NCBI GenBank assembly: GCA_965206685.1
Contig: OZ242223.1
Coordinates: 1,557,906 to 1,621,905 of the forward strand
DNA from: Sediminibacterium sp.
Lineage (GTDB): Bacteria > Bacteroidota > Bacteroidia > Chitinophagales > Chitinophagaceae
Direction of reading: 5' to 3'
Length of the DNA stretch: 64,000 bases
Shown here in pieces: positions 39,869-50,460 of the stretch. The stretch's first letter is position 1, and the number at the start of each line of letters is the position of its first letter. The notes below the pieces were generated by a model. That model was not told the origin of the DNA and made no database searches. It saw only the letters and a list, made by a program, of their open reading frames with translations. The translations under genes and the position numbers were made by a program.

Positions 39869-41179
39869 ATGCAGATCATGTTTACCTGTAGTTACAAAAG
39901 ATCATTTTTTGTTCTTTCCGCTTTATTTTTTTTGAGTATATCCGCTCCTGTCTATTCACAAACCAAAGTACCCGATACTTTACGGTTAGGATTGCAGGAT
40001 ATGGAAAAAAGGTTTCTCGACAGTAACCTTGTACTCCTGGCAGGCCATTATAATGTTGATGCGCAAAAAGCATTAATACAACAGGCAAAGCTTTGGGATA
40101 ATCCGGTATTGAATACGGATCAGGTAATTGCGGCCAATGGCAAATTCTTTCCTTATGGAAAAAATCCCGATGGCTCTTATAGCGGACAATATTATATACA
40201 GGTACAACAATTGATTAAAACTGCCGGCAAACGTGCCAGATTAATCGATCTGGCCACCACCAATACCAAATTAAGCGAACTGCAATTGCAGGATGTATTG
40301 CGTAATCTGCGCTATCAGTTGCGTGTGGATTATTATACTATCCTTCAGCAATTGGATACCAAGGGGATCTATACTGAACAGTTGGCGCAATTGAATAAAT
40401 TATTATCCGGCATGAGTGCGCAGCTGAGTGCGGGCAATATTGCACAGAAAGATTATCTGCGTATACAGGCATTGGTTATTTCACTTGAGCAGGATCTTAC
40501 GGATCTGAATAAATCGATTGCCGATAACCAATCAGACCTGAAAATACTGTTGCAGATCAAGGATGACAATTTTGTAAAACCCATCAAAACATTAATTGAT
40601 GCCGGTAACCTTGCATTGGTTGATGCAGATCTTCTTTTTGAAACCGGTAAAAAGAATAATCCATCTTATCTGTTACAACAAACACAAACTACGTTTCAGC
40701 AACAGAACCTTGCCTATCAAAAAGCATTGCGTGTGCCGGATCTTACACTTGGGCCAAACTTCGATCGTAACTCAAGCTTTGCACCTAATTATGTTGGATT
40801 GGGTATTTCACTCCCCTTTCCTATTCTCAACAAAAACCAGGGAAATATTAAATCAGCAGAATTTGGCGTGAAACAGCAACAGACATTGGTTATGAGTGCG
40901 GAAACAGAGTTGCGTAACAATATCAGCAACGCGTATCAGAAATGGTTGCTCTCGGTTAAACAACGCAGTACCACACAAAACGAGTTCTATTCCAAATACC
41001 AGGCAATGTACCAGAATATTTTATCGAGCTATCAGCAAAGACAGATCAACCTGCTCGAATTTCTGGATTTCTTTAATGACTACACCCAATCGCAACAAAG
41101 ATTGGTACAACAGCATCTGAACCTGCAACTGGCAAAAGAAGAATTGAATTATTATACCGGAACAGATATCATCAAATAA
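39869..41179 (+). CDS. TolC-family outer membrane efflux protein, module 2
   Basis: Paralogue of 33635-34942 with many identical blocks, e.g. AKLWDNPVL and IQQLIKTAGKR. Confidence 0.88.
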   Translation: MQIMFTCSYKRSFFVLSALFFLSISAPVYSQTKVPDTLRLGLQDMEKRFLDSNLVLLAGHYNVDAQKALIQQAKLWDNPVLNTDQVIAANGKFFPYGKNPDGSYSGQYYIQVQQLIKTAGKRARLIDLATTNTKLSELQLQDVLRNLRYQLRVDYYTILQQLDTKGIYTEQLAQLNKLLSGMSAQLSAGNIAQKDYLRIQALVISLEQDLTDLNKSIADNQSDLKILLQIKDDNFVKPIKTLIDAGNLALVDADLLFETGKKNNPSYLLQQTQTTFQQQNLAYQKALRVPDLTLGPNFDRNSSFAPNYVGLGISLPFPILNKNQGNIKSAEFGVKQQQTLVMSAETELRNNISNAYQKWLLSVKQRSTTQNEFYSKYQAMYQNILSSYQQRQINLLEFLDFFNDYTQSQQRLVQQHLNLQLAKEELNYYTGTDIIK

Positions 41180-41198
41180 AATTACTCAAACAGATACA

Positions 41199-42299
41199 AT
41201 GAAATATTCAGCATTTTATATTACTGCAATCAGCCTGGCCATGATCGTTTCCTGTAAACAGGAAATCAAAAAAGATGATACTCCAAAACCGGTTTGTGTA
41301 AGTGATTCTATGAGCTCAAGGATCACACTGGATACCGTTATCACCAGTAATATCAATAACCAGTTACAGCTTTCCGGCGAAGTTGGTTTTAATGAAAATA
41401 AAGTGGTAAAGGTATTTCCGTTTACCAGCGGACAGGTTACAGAAGTAAAAGTGTCGCTTGGCGACAGGGTTAGCGCCGGCCAGGTTTTAGCCGTGATAAA
41501 GAGTGCGGATATTGCAGGCAATTACAGCGATCTGAAAACAACCGGTTCCGATATTGCGATTGCGAAAAGGCAAATGGATAATACCAAACTCCTTTTTGAA
41601 AAAGGCATCAGCAGTGAGAAAGAATATGAAGAAGCCAAAGAAAACTATCAAAAAGCCTTAACCGCCAATCAGAAAATTACCGATGCCCTTCGCATCAATG
41701 GAGGCGGCAATACCAGTGCCAATGGTGTGTACACTGTAAAAGCACCGATCAGCGGGTATATTGTTGAGAAAAAAGCCAACGCAGGAAATTTCATCCGTAA
41801 TGATAATGCAGATAATCTTTTTACCATATCCGATCTGAAAGATGTTTGGGTTTGGGCCAATGTATTTGAAACTGATATAGCCCGTATTCATGAAGGATAT
41901 ACGGCACAGGTAAAAACATTGGCCTATCCTGATAAAGTATTTAAAGGTAAAGTGGATAAAATCAGTGAAGTATTGAATCCGGATAATAAAGTAATGCGCA
42001 TCCGCATCAATCTTCCGAACGATGGGTTATTGCTGAAACCGGAAATGTTTACCAATGTATTGATAGAAAATACTGAGAATGTAAAAGCGGTAAGTATTCC
42101 ACAGGATGCCATGGTGTTTGAAAGCGGAAAGAATTATGTAGTGATCTATAAAAGCAAATGCGATCTGAAACTACAGGAAGTAAAAATTCTGAAAACAGAA
42201 AATAACCGTGCGTATATCAGCAGCGGACTGAATGCAGGTGATATCATCATTTCTAAGAACCAGGTATTGTTCTACAATGCCATTCTCGAAAATCAATAA
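41199..42299 (+). CDS. Efflux RND periplasmic adaptor, module 2
   Basis: Paralogue of 34949-36082 (GQVLAVIKSADIAGNYSDLK is identical). Confidence 0.9.
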   Translation: MKYSAFYITAISLAMIVSCKQEIKKDDTPKPVCVSDSMSSRITLDTVITSNINNQLQLSGEVGFNENKVVKVFPFTSGQVTEVKVSLGDRVSAGQVLAVIKSADIAGNYSDLKTTGSDIAIAKRQMDNTKLLFEKGISSEKEYEEAKENYQKALTANQKITDALRINGGGNTSANGVYTVKAPISGYIVEKKANAGNFIRNDNADNLFTISDLKDVWVWANVFETDIARIHEGYTAQVKTLAYPDKVFKGKVDKISEVLNPDNKVMRIRINLPNDGLLLKPEMFTNVLIENTENVKAVSIPQDAMVFESGKNYVVIYKSKCDLKLQEVKILKTENNRAYISSGLNAGDIIISKNQVLFYNAILENQ

Positions 42300-42334
42300 C
42301 GGTACCGCATTCAGAAAATCTAACGAAATCATAC

Positions 42335-45300
42335 ATGAATAAGTTCATAAAAAATATTATCTATTTTTCTTTGCGCCACCGTTACCTCGTCTTTTTCTTT
42401 ACGGGGGTTATGGTAGTGATTGGCGTGATCAGCTATAAGAACACACCCATCGAAACCTTTCCGGATGTAACCAATACACAGGTGGTGATCATTGCCCAAT
42501 GGGCCGGAAGAAGTGCGGAGGAAGTAGAAAAATTTGTTACCATTCCATTAGAAACGGTTCTGAATTCTGTTCAGAAAAAATCAAACCTGAGAACCACTTC
42601 TGCATTCGGATTAAGTTATATCCGGATCATTTTTGATGATGATGTGGATGATGCATTTGCCCGTCAACAGGTATTGAGCCGTTTAGGCGGCGCCGATCTG
42701 CCGGATGGTGTTAAGCCCGATGTACAGCCTCCTTATGGCCCTACTGGTGAGATTTATAGGTATACTTTAAAGAGTGCTACGAGGTCAATCCGTGATCTTA
42801 CAACTATACAAAACTGGATCCTCGACCGTCAATTCAAATCTGTATCAGGTGTAGCCGATGTAAACAGTTTTGGTGGTGAAGAAAAAGTATTTGAGTTAAG
42901 TGTAAACCCCAATCTGCTCAGCAAATACAATCTGAGTTCATTGGATGTGTATAATGCGGTTGCCAAAAGTAATGTGAATGTGGGAGGTGATGTGATCGAA
43001 AGAAACGGGCAATCTTTTTTAGTTCGGGGTATTGGTTTATTGAATGACATTAACGACATCAGCAATATCATCATCACCAAAATTGGTGGCTTACCGATAT
43101 TGGTAAAGAATGTTGCCGAAGTGAAAGAAGCCGGTAAACCCAGACTGGGCCAGGTTGCAAGAGATAAACATACCGATGTGCTGGAAGGAATCATTGTAAT
43201 GCGTAAAGGCGAAAACCCTGCGATCGTTCTCGATAATATCCGTGCCAAGATCAAAGACCTGAATGAAAATGTTTTACCGCGCGATACGAAAATCGATACT
43301 TTCTATGACCGTACCAATCTGATGGATTATTGTACAGAAACCGTGATCCATAACCTGATTGAAGGGATCATTCTGGTAACTGCCATTGTATTACTGTTTA
43401 TGGCCGATTGGCGTACCACGGTGATCGTGAGCATCATTATTCCACTGGCTTTATTATTTGCCTTTACTTGTATGTATTTTAAACATATGAGTGCTAACCT
43501 GCTCAGTATGGGTGCCGTGGATTTTGGAATTATCATAGATGGTGCCGTGGTTATGGTGGAAGGATTGTTTGTGGCATTGGATAAACGGGCCAGAGAAGTA
43601 GGCATGGAAAAATTTAACAAACTCGCAAAACTCGGTTTGTTTAAAAATGTGGGTGCTGAAATGGGTAAAGCCATCTTCTTCTCAAAACTTATTATTATCA
43701 CCTGTCTGATCCCCATTTTTGCTTTTCAGAAAGTGGAGGGAAAAATGTTCTCTCCCCTCGCCTATACATTGGGTTTTGCCTTATTGGGCGCATTGATCTT
43801 TACCTTAACACTGGTGCCAGCATTATCAAGCATCCTGTTAAGAAAAAATGTAAGGGAAAAACATAATCCCATTGTTTTATTCTTTGAAGGAATGATCTCA
43901 AGGTCTTATAAAGTAATTGCAAAAGCACCAAAGACAAGTTTATTGATTGCTGTGATCGCAATGGGACTCTCCTTCTTTTCTGCCAGATTTCTCGGAACAG
44001 AATTTTTGCCCCAATTAGATGAAGGTGCTTTATGGGTAGAAAGTGAGTTGCCGATGAGTGTATCATTGAATGAAGCCAATTTTATCGGTAACACGATGGT
44101 GGATATTCTTTCCCGTTTCCCTGAAGTAAAACAAAGTTTATCACAGGTAGGAAGAACCAATGACGGGACTGACCCGAAAGGATTTTTCAACGTGCAGATC
44201 CAGGTAGATCTGAAGCCTAAGAAAGAATGGCGCAAAGGATTAACATCTGAAAAGCTCATCGAAGAAATGAATACGCAGTTGGTAAAACTGCCGGGCATTG
44301 TATTAAACTACTCACAACCCATTCGAGATAATGTGGAAGAAGCGGTTGCCGGTGTGAATGCGGCATTGGCAGTAAAAATATTCGGGCCTGATTTTAACAC
44401 ACTCGATTCATTGGCAAAAGCCACCCTTAAACAATTGGAAACAGTAAGAGGTATTGAAGATCTGGGTATTCTCAGAAACCTTGGCCAGCCGGAATTCCGG
44501 ATTGAACTGGATCAGAATAAAATGGCATTATATGGCGTAAACATGGCCGATGCACAGGCCGTAATTGAAATGGCCATCGGTGGTAAGGCCGCTACCATTT
44601 TATATGAAGGCGAAAGAAGATTTGATGTACGGATCCGCTACCAGAAAGAGTTCCGCGATGATCAGAAAAAGATCGAGAATCTGATGGTGCCCGGAAACGA
44701 CGGTGCCAAGATTCCTTTAAAAGAGATCTGTGTGTTTCATTCGAGCACGGGCCCTGCATTTATTTATCGAGACAATAATCAGCGATATATTGCCGTAAAA
44801 TTCTCTATCCGCGAAAGAGATCTGGGCAGCACCATTGCTGAAGCGCAGGAGAAAGTAAATCGAATTGTAAAACTTCCCAAGAACTATACACAAACATGGA
44901 ACGGAGAATTTGAGAACCAGATCCGTGCATCCAAAACACTGGCCAATGTGGTTCCGGCCTGTTTACTGGTGATCTTTATCATTCTCTTTATCACTTTCGG
45001 AAACGTAAAAGATGCCACACTCACGATTCTCAATGTTCCGTTTGCATTGATCGGTGGTATTCTTGCTTTACATATAACCGGTATCAATTTTAGTATTAGT
45101 GCCGGTATTGGTTTTATTGCCTTGTTTGGCGTCTGTATTCAGAACGGTGTAATTCTGATCAGCGTATTTAGAAAAAATCTGGCTGCCAAAATGAGTCTGG
45201 AAGATGCAGTGTATGAAGGTGTGATCTCACGTGTTCGTCCTGTGGTTATGACTGCATTAATGGCTGCTATCGGTCTTTTACCCGCCGCCGTTAGTACCGG

Positions 45301-45466
45301 CATCGGCAGTGAAACACAAAAGCCATTGGCCATTGTAGTGATTGGTGGTTTGATCACATCTACCATTCTTACTTTGTTGATACTGCCGGTGATCTACAGC
45401 CTGGTTCACAAATTCATACACAAACGTGAGAATATGAAACTGCTGAAAAAGATGGGTGCCGTATAA
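42335..45466 (+). CDS. CusA/CzcA-family heavy-metal efflux RND permease, module 2
   Basis: 1043 aa. Very similar to 36127-39261 along its full length. Confidence 0.93.
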   Translation: MNKFIKNIIYFSLRHRYLVFFFTGVMVVIGVISYKNTPIETFPDVTNTQVVIIAQWAGRSAEEVEKFVTIPLETVLNSVQKKSNLRTTSAFGLSYIRIIFDDDVDDAFARQQVLSRLGGADLPDGVKPDVQPPYGPTGEIYRYTLKSATRSIRDLTTIQNWILDRQFKSVSGVADVNSFGGEEKVFELSVNPNLLSKYNLSSLDVYNAVAKSNVNVGGDVIERNGQSFLVRGIGLLNDINDISNIIITKIGGLPILVKNVAEVKEAGKPRLGQVARDKHTDVLEGIIVMRKGENPAIVLDNIRAKIKDLNENVLPRDTKIDTFYDRTNLMDYCTETVIHNLIEGIILVTAIVLLFMADWRTTVIVSIIIPLALLFAFTCMYFKHMSANLLSMGAVDFGIIIDGAVVMVEGLFVALDKRAREVGMEKFNKLAKLGLFKNVGAEMGKAIFFSKLIIITCLIPIFAFQKVEGKMFSPLAYTLGFALLGALIFTLTLVPALSSILLRKNVREKHNPIVLFFEGMISRSYKVIAKAPKTSLLIAVIAMGLSFFSARFLGTEFLPQLDEGALWVESELPMSVSLNEANFIGNTMVDILSRFPEVKQSLSQVGRTNDGTDPKGFFNVQIQVDLKPKKEWRKGLTSEKLIEEMNTQLVKLPGIVLNYSQPIRDNVEEAVAGVNAALAVKIFGPDFNTLDSLAKATLKQLETVRGIEDLGILRNLGQPEFRIELDQNKMALYGVNMADAQAVIEMAIGGKAATILYEGERRFDVRIRYQKEFRDDQKKIENLMVPGNDGAKIPLKEICVFHSSTGPAFIYRDNNQRYIAVKFSIRERDLGSTIAEAQEKVNRIVKLPKNYTQTWNGEFENQIRASKTLANVVPACLLVIFIILFITFGNVKDATLTILNVPFALIGGILALHITGINFSISAGIGFIALFGVCIQNGVILISVFRKNLAAKMSLEDAVYEGVISRVRPVVMTALMAAIGLLPAAVSTGIGSETQKPLAIVVIGGLITSTILTLLILPVIYSLVHKFIHKRENMKLLKKMGAV

Positions 45467-45493
45467 TTTTTGAAACAATGATGTTAAAATAAC

Positions 45494-45525
45494 AGGCGGC
45501 ACTCAAAAAGTGCCGCCTATTTTTG
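45494..45525 (+). terminator. Rho-independent terminator after module 2
   Basis: aggcggcac/gtgccgcct followed by a T-run. It overlaps the listed upstream start of the next ORF, which supports the ATG at 45573. Confidence 0.7.
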
Positions 45526-45572
45526 TGCTATCAAAAACGAAAACGAGGTTGACAGAATTTAATTGTAGTATC

Positions 45573-46892
45573 ATGAAAATAGCAGCACTGAGTATATTGG
45601 TTTTTCTGGGTGTGGAAGCAAAATCACAAAAAGACAGCTCTAAACCGGCAGAAAAAAAATATTCACTTCACTGGCAAACCACGTTTATTCCACAATACCA
45701 TTTCGATTTCAAATCGCCTTATGCTGGGGATAACAGCCTGATGGCAAGTGAACCCACACGTGCTTCCATTTCCGGAACAGCATTTTTGAGTTACAAACCG
45801 TTTAAGAACACCTATCTCGTTTTTAATCCGGAAGCAGCCGGTGGCAAAGGATTGAGCAAAACATTAGGCATAGCAGGATTTCCTAATGGAGAAGTATACC
45901 GTGTGGGTGATCCGAAACCCAAACCCTTTATTGCCCGTTTGTATGCGGAGCAACGTTTCCCATTAACCAACCGAAAAGAATATGTGGAAGATGATCTGAA
46001 CCAGATTGCAGAAACCACCAACAAAGATTATCTCTCAGTGATTGTTGGAAAATTTTCACTCACTGATTTTTTTGATGATTCTCAGATCAGTCACGACCCA
46101 CGCACCGAATTCATGAACTGGAGTTTAATGGGCAACGGCGCATGGGACTATCCCGCGAATACCCGCGGTTATACCATCGGCGCAGTTATACAGGCGGTGT
46201 ATAAAGATTGGGCATTCAGAACCGCACTCACAACCGTTCCTATTGAAGCCAATGGCCCTGAATTACAATTTAAATGGGGCAAAGCCATGGGTTTGGTTTG
46301 GGAAATAGAGAAAACACATCTCTTCCAAAAAAATGAAACACATTTCAGCACTTTGCATGCAGGATTCTTTTTGAATAAAGCTAAAATGGGAAATTATGAA
46401 ACGGCTATTCAATCTGCAGGTATCAATCCTCCTGATGTAACAAACAGCAGGTTATACGGCAGAACAAAATGGGGTTATTACATCAGCATCGATAATAATT
46501 TCGGCTCTTTTCACCATTTCTTCAAAACCAGCTGGAACGATGGCAAGAATGAGACATGGGCCTTTACCGAGATCGACAGAAGTTTTACAACCGGCTTTCA
46601 ATGGGATGGCGATCTATGGAAAAGAAAAAAAGACAAATTTGCGATCGCCTATGTAAACAATGGTTTATCACGTGATCATAAAACTTATCTCGCTCTTGGT
46701 GGTTACGGATTTTTAATTGGTGATGGAAAACTGAATTACGGCAAAGAGCAAATCATTGAAGCATACTATTCATTCAATATTGCAAAACAAATTTATCTCA
46801 GTCCTGATTATCAATTTGTAACCAACCCCGGCTACAACAAAGACCGCGGCCCTGTGCATATTGTGGCACTGCGCTTACACGCCGAGTTCTAA
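45573..46892 (+). CDS. Outer-membrane porin (OprB/carbohydrate-porin-like beta-barrel)
   Basis: Signal peptide, beta-strand periodicity, C-terminal aromatic residue (AEF). Confidence 0.5.
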   Translation: MKIAALSILVFLGVEAKSQKDSSKPAEKKYSLHWQTTFIPQYHFDFKSPYAGDNSLMASEPTRASISGTAFLSYKPFKNTYLVFNPEAAGGKGLSKTLGIAGFPNGEVYRVGDPKPKPFIARLYAEQRFPLTNRKEYVEDDLNQIAETTNKDYLSVIVGKFSLTDFFDDSQISHDPRTEFMNWSLMGNGAWDYPANTRGYTIGAVIQAVYKDWAFRTALTTVPIEANGPELQFKWGKAMGLVWEIEKTHLFQKNETHFSTLHAGFFLNKAKMGNYETAIQSAGINPPDVTNSRLYGRTKWGYYISIDNNFGSFHHFFKTSWNDGKNETWAFTEIDRSFTTGFQWDGDLWKRKKDKFAIAYVNNGLSRDHKTYLALGGYGFLIGDGKLNYGKEQIIEAYYSFNIAKQIYLSPDYQFVTNPGYNKDRGPVHIVALRLHAEF

Positions 46893-46971
46893 CGCCATTA
46901 TAAGGATCAAAAAAAAGCCACACTAACAAGTGTGGCAATATCTTACTCCCCGTTCAGGGGGCTGGGGGGTA

Positions 46972-47325
46972 TTACACCGCAAACGAAGTTCCACACCCAC
47001 AAGTCTTACTCGCATTCGGATTACTAAACGTAAACCCACGGCTATTCAATCCTCCCTGCCAGTCTACTTCCATTCCAAACAGATATAACTGGTGACTTTT
47101 ATTCATCACACACTGTACACCCTCTATTTCAAAATGTTCATCGCCTTCTTCTGGTTTATCAAAACCCAACACATAGGTCATACCACTGCAACCACCACCT
47201 TTTACACCTACGCGTAAACGTTGTGTGGTATCAAAACCTTCCTCACCCATCAAACGCTTGATCTCGGCTATTGCGCCTGCTGTTAAACTTACCGGTGTTG
47301 CTGTCATGGTCTCCATAATCTTCAT
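46972..47325 (-). CDS. Iron-sulfur cluster insertion protein (IscA/ErpA, HesB family)
   Basis: GGGCSG and the C-terminal CGCGTSF motif. The start is uncertain among ATGs at 47325, 47316 and 47307. Confidence 0.85.
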   Translation of the reverse strand: MKIMETMTATPVSLTAGAIAEIKRLMGEEGFDTTQRLRVGVKGGGCSGMTYVLGFDKPEEGDEHFEIEGVQCVMNKSHQLYLFGMEVDWQGGLNSRGFTFSNPNASKTCGCGTSFAV

Positions 47326-47473
47326 TTGTATGTGCAAATTTACAACTATTCTGTATTTATCAGTGATAAGCCATTTTCGATAGCGGAAAAATAAGAACCT
47401 TTTTTAACTCCCAACTTTAAACTCCAGACTCCAAACTCCTTCCTCTTTGCCTTATTTTTGTGAAAATTGCTGC

Positions 47474-47977
47474 ATGTTAGATAACCAGACCATTTATATT
47501 ATCCTGATTGCCATTGCCATAGCGGCTGTATTGGTATATTTTTTTCTGGATAAACCCAAACCCCAAAAAGAAGAGAAACCCACAAATACAGGTTCCAATG
47601 CCCTTCAGTTGCAGGCATATGAGCGTTTGATCTTATTGGTTGACAGAATTGCCATTCCAAACCTGGTTAGCCGTACCCCACATGAAGGTTTATCGGCAAG
47701 GGATATGCAATTGGTATTGACCAGAAATATCCGTGATGAATTTGATTATAATATTACCCAACAGATCTATATCGACCCCGAAGCATGGAATGCGGTTAAG
47801 AATCTGAAAGAGAAAAATCTTTTAATGATTAACCAGGTAAGCAGTGTTTTACCCGCCAACGCCAGTGCCCTGGATCTGAACCGCGCTTTACTCGAATTTT
47901 TAATGAATGACCAAAACGTAAACCTTCACGAAATTGTGAGTGAGGCTTTGAGTTTTGAAGCGAAGAAACTTTTGTAA
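47474..47977 (+). CDS. Hypothetical membrane-anchored protein
   Basis: One N-terminal TM helix. No recognised motif. Confidence 0.45.
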   Translation: MLDNQTIYIILIAIAIAAVLVYFFLDKPKPQKEEKPTNTGSNALQLQAYERLILLVDRIAIPNLVSRTPHEGLSARDMQLVLTRNIRDEFDYNITQQIYIDPEAWNAVKNLKEKNLLMINQVSSVLPANASALDLNRALLEFLMNDQNVNLHEIVSEALSFEAKKLL

Positions 47978-48028
47978 GGGTTTATTTGTTTACTGGTTTA
48001 TTCGTCGTTTAACTTATAACAAACCTGT

Positions 48029-49606
48029 ATGAGCGAGAAGAAAATTTTTACGGATAGCGGAATAGAAATCAAACGGTTGTACACTGCCGAAGACCAACTC
48101 CAAACTCCTAACTCCAAACTCCTAACTGAATTACCCGGAGTATACCCCTACACCCGAGGCGTTCAACCCGATATGTACCGCGGCAAACTTTGGACAATGC
48201 GCCAGTATGCCGGTTTTTCCACAGCAGAAGAAAGCAATAAACGATATCACTATCTATTATCACAGGGTGTGATGGGATTGAGTGTGGCATTTGACCTGCC
48301 CACGCAGATCGGTTATGATAGCGATCATGCATTGGCTGAAGGTGAAGTGGGTAAAGTGGGTGTGGCCATTGATAGTCTGGAAGACATGGAACTGCTCTTC
48401 AAAGACATAAAACTAGAAGACGTAAGCACATCCATGACCATCAATGCCACCGGATTTATTTTATTGGCATTCTATGTAGCATTAGCAAAAAAACAAGGTG
48501 CTGATCTGAAAAAAATTACGGGTACGATTCAGAACGATATTTTGAAGGAATACGCTGCACGTGGCACGTATATCTATCCACCCAAACCTTCTATGCGCAT
48601 CATTACCGATATTTTTGAATGGTGCAGTAAGGAATTGCCAAAATGGAATACCATTTCTATTTCAGGTTATCATATCCGCGAAGCAGGCAGTACAGCTGTG
48701 CAGGAAATTGCTTTTACCCTCAGCAATGGAAAAGCCTATGTAAAAGCCGCATTGGAAAAAGGATTAGACATTAATGTATTTGGCAAACGACTCTCCTTTT
48801 TCTTTAATGCGCATAATAATCTGTTTGAAGAAGTGGCCAAATTCCGCGCAGCCAGAAGAATGTGGGCCAAAATGATGAAAGAATTAGGCGCTACCGATGA
48901 GAAAGCATTAATGCTGCGCTTTCATACGCAAACCGGTGGGGCTACTTTAACGGCACAACAGCCTTTAAATAATATTTCGCGCGTAACCATACAAACATTG
49001 GCCGCAGTTTTGGGTGGCACACAAAGTTTACATACGAATGGTTATGACGAAGCATTGAGTTTACCAACAGAAGAAGCCGCACGCATAGCCCTCAGAACCC
49101 AACAGATTATTGCGTTTGAAAGTGGTGCACCGGATACGGTTGATCCATTGGCAGGGAGTTATTTTGTAGAATCACTTACCAATGAAGTGGAACAGAAAGC
49201 CTGGGAACTCGTTGAAAAAATTGATGCCATGGGCGGCAGCGTAAGTGCCATTGAAGCCGGTTTTATGCAGGAAGAAATTGCCCGCAGCGCTTACGAATAC
49301 CAACGCAATATTGAAAGCGGTGAAAAGATCATTGTTGGGGTGAATAAATTTACCGTTGATAAAGAAACCCCTATCCCTGGTTTTAAAATTGATGATCATA
49401 TTCGTGTATTGCAAACTGAAAAGCTAAATACGTTAAAAGCTAAACGCGAAACGTTGAAGGCTGAACGCTGTTTGCAGGAAATTGCAGTAGCTGCAAAAGA
49501 TGGCCGTAACCTGATGCCATTGGTGATTGATGCAGTAGAAAATTATTGCACACTTGGAGAGATCTCGGATGTGTTGCGGAAAGTGTTTGGAGAACACAGG
49601 GGATAA
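48029..49606 (+). CDS. Methylmalonyl-CoA mutase family catalytic (large) subunit without a fused B12-binding domain
   Basis: [32 protein letters not shown] and RFHTQTGG motifs. 525 aa, ending before the cobalamin-binding domain. Confidence 0.9.
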   Translation: MSEKKIFTDSGIEIKRLYTAEDQLQTPNSKLLTELPGVYPYTRGVQPDMYRGKLWTMRQYAGFSTAEESNKRYHYLLSQGVMGLSVAFDLPTQIGYDSDHALAEGEVGKVGVAIDSLEDMELLFKDIKLEDVSTSMTINATGFILLAFYVALAKKQGADLKKITGTIQNDILKEYAARGTYIYPPKPSMRIITDIFEWCSKELPKWNTISISGYHIREAGSTAVQEIAFTLSNGKAYVKAALEKGLDINVFGKRLSFFFNAHNNLFEEVAKFRAARRMWAKMMKELGATDEKALMLRFHTQTGGATLTAQQPLNNISRVTIQTLAAVLGGTQSLHTNGYDEALSLPTEEAARIALRTQQIIAFESGAPDTVDPLAGSYFVESLTNEVEQKAWELVEKIDAMGGSVSAIEAGFMQEEIARSAYEYQRNIESGEKIIVGVNKFTVDKETPIPGFKIDDHIRVLQTEKLNTLKAKRETLKAERCLQEIAVAAKDGRNLMPLVIDAVENYCTLGEISDVLRKVFGEHRG

Positions 49607-49611
49607 TTGAA

Positions 49612-49826
49612 AATTAAGAATTAAGAATTAAGAATTAATAATTATTAAACAACTCATCACTGCATCCACTATTCAATTATTAATTACTAATTATTAATTT
49701 TTAATTACATTTTGTGGAAGTTTTGAGTTTTGGGTTCTTGGCTTCTATTCTCATCAAGAGAAATTCAAAACTTCGAACCCAAAACCTTAATTCAAAACTC
49801 GAAATTCACAATTCAAAACTCAAAAT
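49612..49826. repeat. Long low-complexity word-repeat block (aattaagaatt... and caaaact/cccaaaac words with partial dyad symmetry)
   Basis: Direct reading of the intergenic region between the convergent mutase and Pmp3-like genes. Confidence 0.6.
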
Positions 49827-49831
49827 ATACC

Positions 49832-50254
49832 TTACCCAAGTACAACGATCAATGCATAGATCACACCCGGTAACCAGAATAATAAAGTAAGTAACAAACT
49901 CAACCAAAACCTTCCATTGATAGTTCCTTCATGAAGATATACTGCCAATGGTGGAAGAAGAATGGCGAGGATTACCAATAAAATGGTATTCGTACTTACG
50001 TCTCCGCCTGCTCTTTTTTCTGCTTTATAATCTTTGAAGGCTTTTTTCGCCTCGGCTAAACGCATTTTTCTGTCAACACGCGATAAACTTCTGAACTCAT
50101 GCAATGCATCCATCGCTACCGCATCATCCAATACTATATTTTTTGTGGCTGCTGAATCTGTTTTGGTTTTACTTACAGGTTCAGTAGTTGATGCTTTGGT
50201 GGTTAGAGTGCTGAACAGTCCTGCTGCTAAAAGAAAGAGTGCAATTTTTTTCAT
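49832..50254 (-). CDS. Pmp3/YqaE (UPF0057) family membrane protein with an N-terminal secreted extension
   Basis: The C-terminal 2-TM segment ILLPPLAVYL....FWLSLLLTLLFWLPGVIYAL is typical of Pmp3. It is preceded by a signal peptide and about 85 extra residues. Confidence 0.65.
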   Translation of the reverse strand: MKKIALFLLAAGLFSTLTTKASTTEPVSKTKTDSAATKNIVLDDAVAMDALHEFRSLSRVDRKMRLAEAKKAFKDYKAEKRAGGDVSTNTILLVILAILLPPLAVYLHEGTINGRFWLSLLLTLLFWLPGVIYALIVVLG

Positions 50255-50460
50255 AAGTGTTTTTTACTGGGTTTACTAAAATCCGGTTATTTAACATACC
50301 GGCAACATAAAGGTCGGAGCAATTCGCGCTTTTAAATTATACAATTGGTGAAATATTTTACACAAATCACTGTTTTATTATTCCACAATGAGAATAAAAT
50401 CCGGTTTTCTGCAGCTTTTCAGCAGTGCTATTTTGTATCTTTCCCATTCAAATTTGATGA

